Shown here one piece after another: positions 63,328 to 64,000 of a DNA stretch of 64,000 nt. The stretch lies in NCBI GenBank assembly GCA_964270895.1, contig OZ185436.1; one strand, 5' to 3'. The notes under the pieces are model-generated. The model ran no database searches, was not told where the DNA came from, and saw nothing but the letters and a program-made list of their open reading frames with translations. Numbering within the stretch: position 1 is the stretch's first letter; each line of letters starts with the position of its first letter. The DNA is from Podarcis filfolensis (Eukaryota). The position numbers and the translations under genes were made by a program.

Positions 63328-63542
63328 CAGTGGTACCTCGGGTTACAAACGCTTCAGGTTACAGACTCCGCTAACCCGGAAGTAGTACCTCGGGTTAAGA
63401 ACTTTACCTCAGTATAAGAACAGAAATTGTGCAGCAGCAGGAGGTGGCCCCATTAGCTAAAGTGGTACCTCAGGTTAAGAATGGTTTCAGGTTAAGAACG
63501 GACCTCCAGAACAAATTAAGTTCGTAACCCGAGGTACCACTG
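63328..63542. mobile_element. Tc1/mariner MITE, copy 2 of tandem pair
   Basis: cagtggtacctcgggttac ... gtaacccgaggtaccactg; TA on both sides; collinear with copy 1. Confidence 0.92.
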
Positions 63543-63807
63543 TAGAATCGTAGATGGTCTCTCGGGTCATCTAGCCTTACCTTCTGCTAATGCAGGAAAT
63601 CTGCAGATCCAGCATCCCTGGTTGGTTGGTTGGCCATCCAGCCTCTGCTGTAATGTAGGCATGTCTGCCGCCCTCCAAATCAGTGTATTTTGCTTATTTG
63701 ACAATCTCCCCTCTCCTCCTTCCATGTAGTGTTCTGCGTGTTCTCTTGGCCCTCCTTTAAGTGGATTTGAAGGAGGAGGAGAAGGGGGGAGCCCCATTGC
63801 ACTAGTG

Positions 63808-63943
63808 CAGGCATCCCCAAACTTGGCCCTCCAGATGTTTTGGGACTACAATTCCCATCATCCCTGACCACTGGTCCTGTTAGCTAGGGATGATGGGAGT
63901 TGTAGTCCCAAAACTTCTGGGGGGCCAAGTTTGGGGATGCCTG
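63808..63943. mobile_element. hAT-type MITE (family B), young near-perfect palindrome
   Basis: TIR caggcatccccaaacttggccc / gggccaagtttggggatgcctg; 8-bp TSD cactagtg at 63800-63807 and 63944-63951. Confidence 0.92.
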
Positions 63944-64000
63944 CACTAGTGGGAGTACTTGCATTGGCTTCCACTTGCAGGATAAGTTTGTTGAATCTGG

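Noticed and set aside
1-64000. Gene could be CACNA1H or CACNA1I
   Set aside because: Exon 14 insert, SKEKQMA extension, LMLDDVI exon 26 and [11 protein letters not shown] are Cav3.1-type sequences.
59832-64000. Next coding exon (domain IV S2)
   Set aside because: No matching frame with splice sites was seen; it presumably lies beyond the window.
1-64000. CRISPR array, operon or other prokaryotic or viral system
   Set aside because: No regularly spaced repeat-spacer array and no long intronless ORFs; everything fits a vertebrate gene with transposon-derived introns.

Overview
Vertebrate intron-rich genomic DNA, most likely a squamate (lacertid-type) lizard, judged from a Sauria SINE with ACCTTT tail, Squam3-like SINEs and a BovB LINE. 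The whole window lies inside one plus-strand gene, the T-type calcium channel CACNA1G (Cav3.1). Seventeen coding exons were reconstructed with GT-AG ends and consistent phases (about exons 11-27 by analogy with human numbering). They run from domain II S4 through the II-III linker, domain III and the III-IV linker to domain IV S1; the start and end of the gene are outside the window. The known Cav3.1 alternative modules are all present: cassette exon 14, the 21-nt alternative donor of exon 25 (SKEKQMA) and cassette exon 26 (51 nt here). Introns carry SINEs, LINE fragments (L2, CR1, BovB), a probable solo LTR, Tc1/mariner and hAT MITEs, microsatellites and two N gaps. I found no convincing novel gene system. 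The best leads are a recursive-splicing-type acceptor on exon 17, a 221-nt AG-free zone before exon 14, a duplicated decoy acceptor after exon 26, a MITE whose inverted symmetry extends 19 bp into flanking DNA, and a nested-palindrome MITE. Repeat family names are from recognition of motifs, not database searches.
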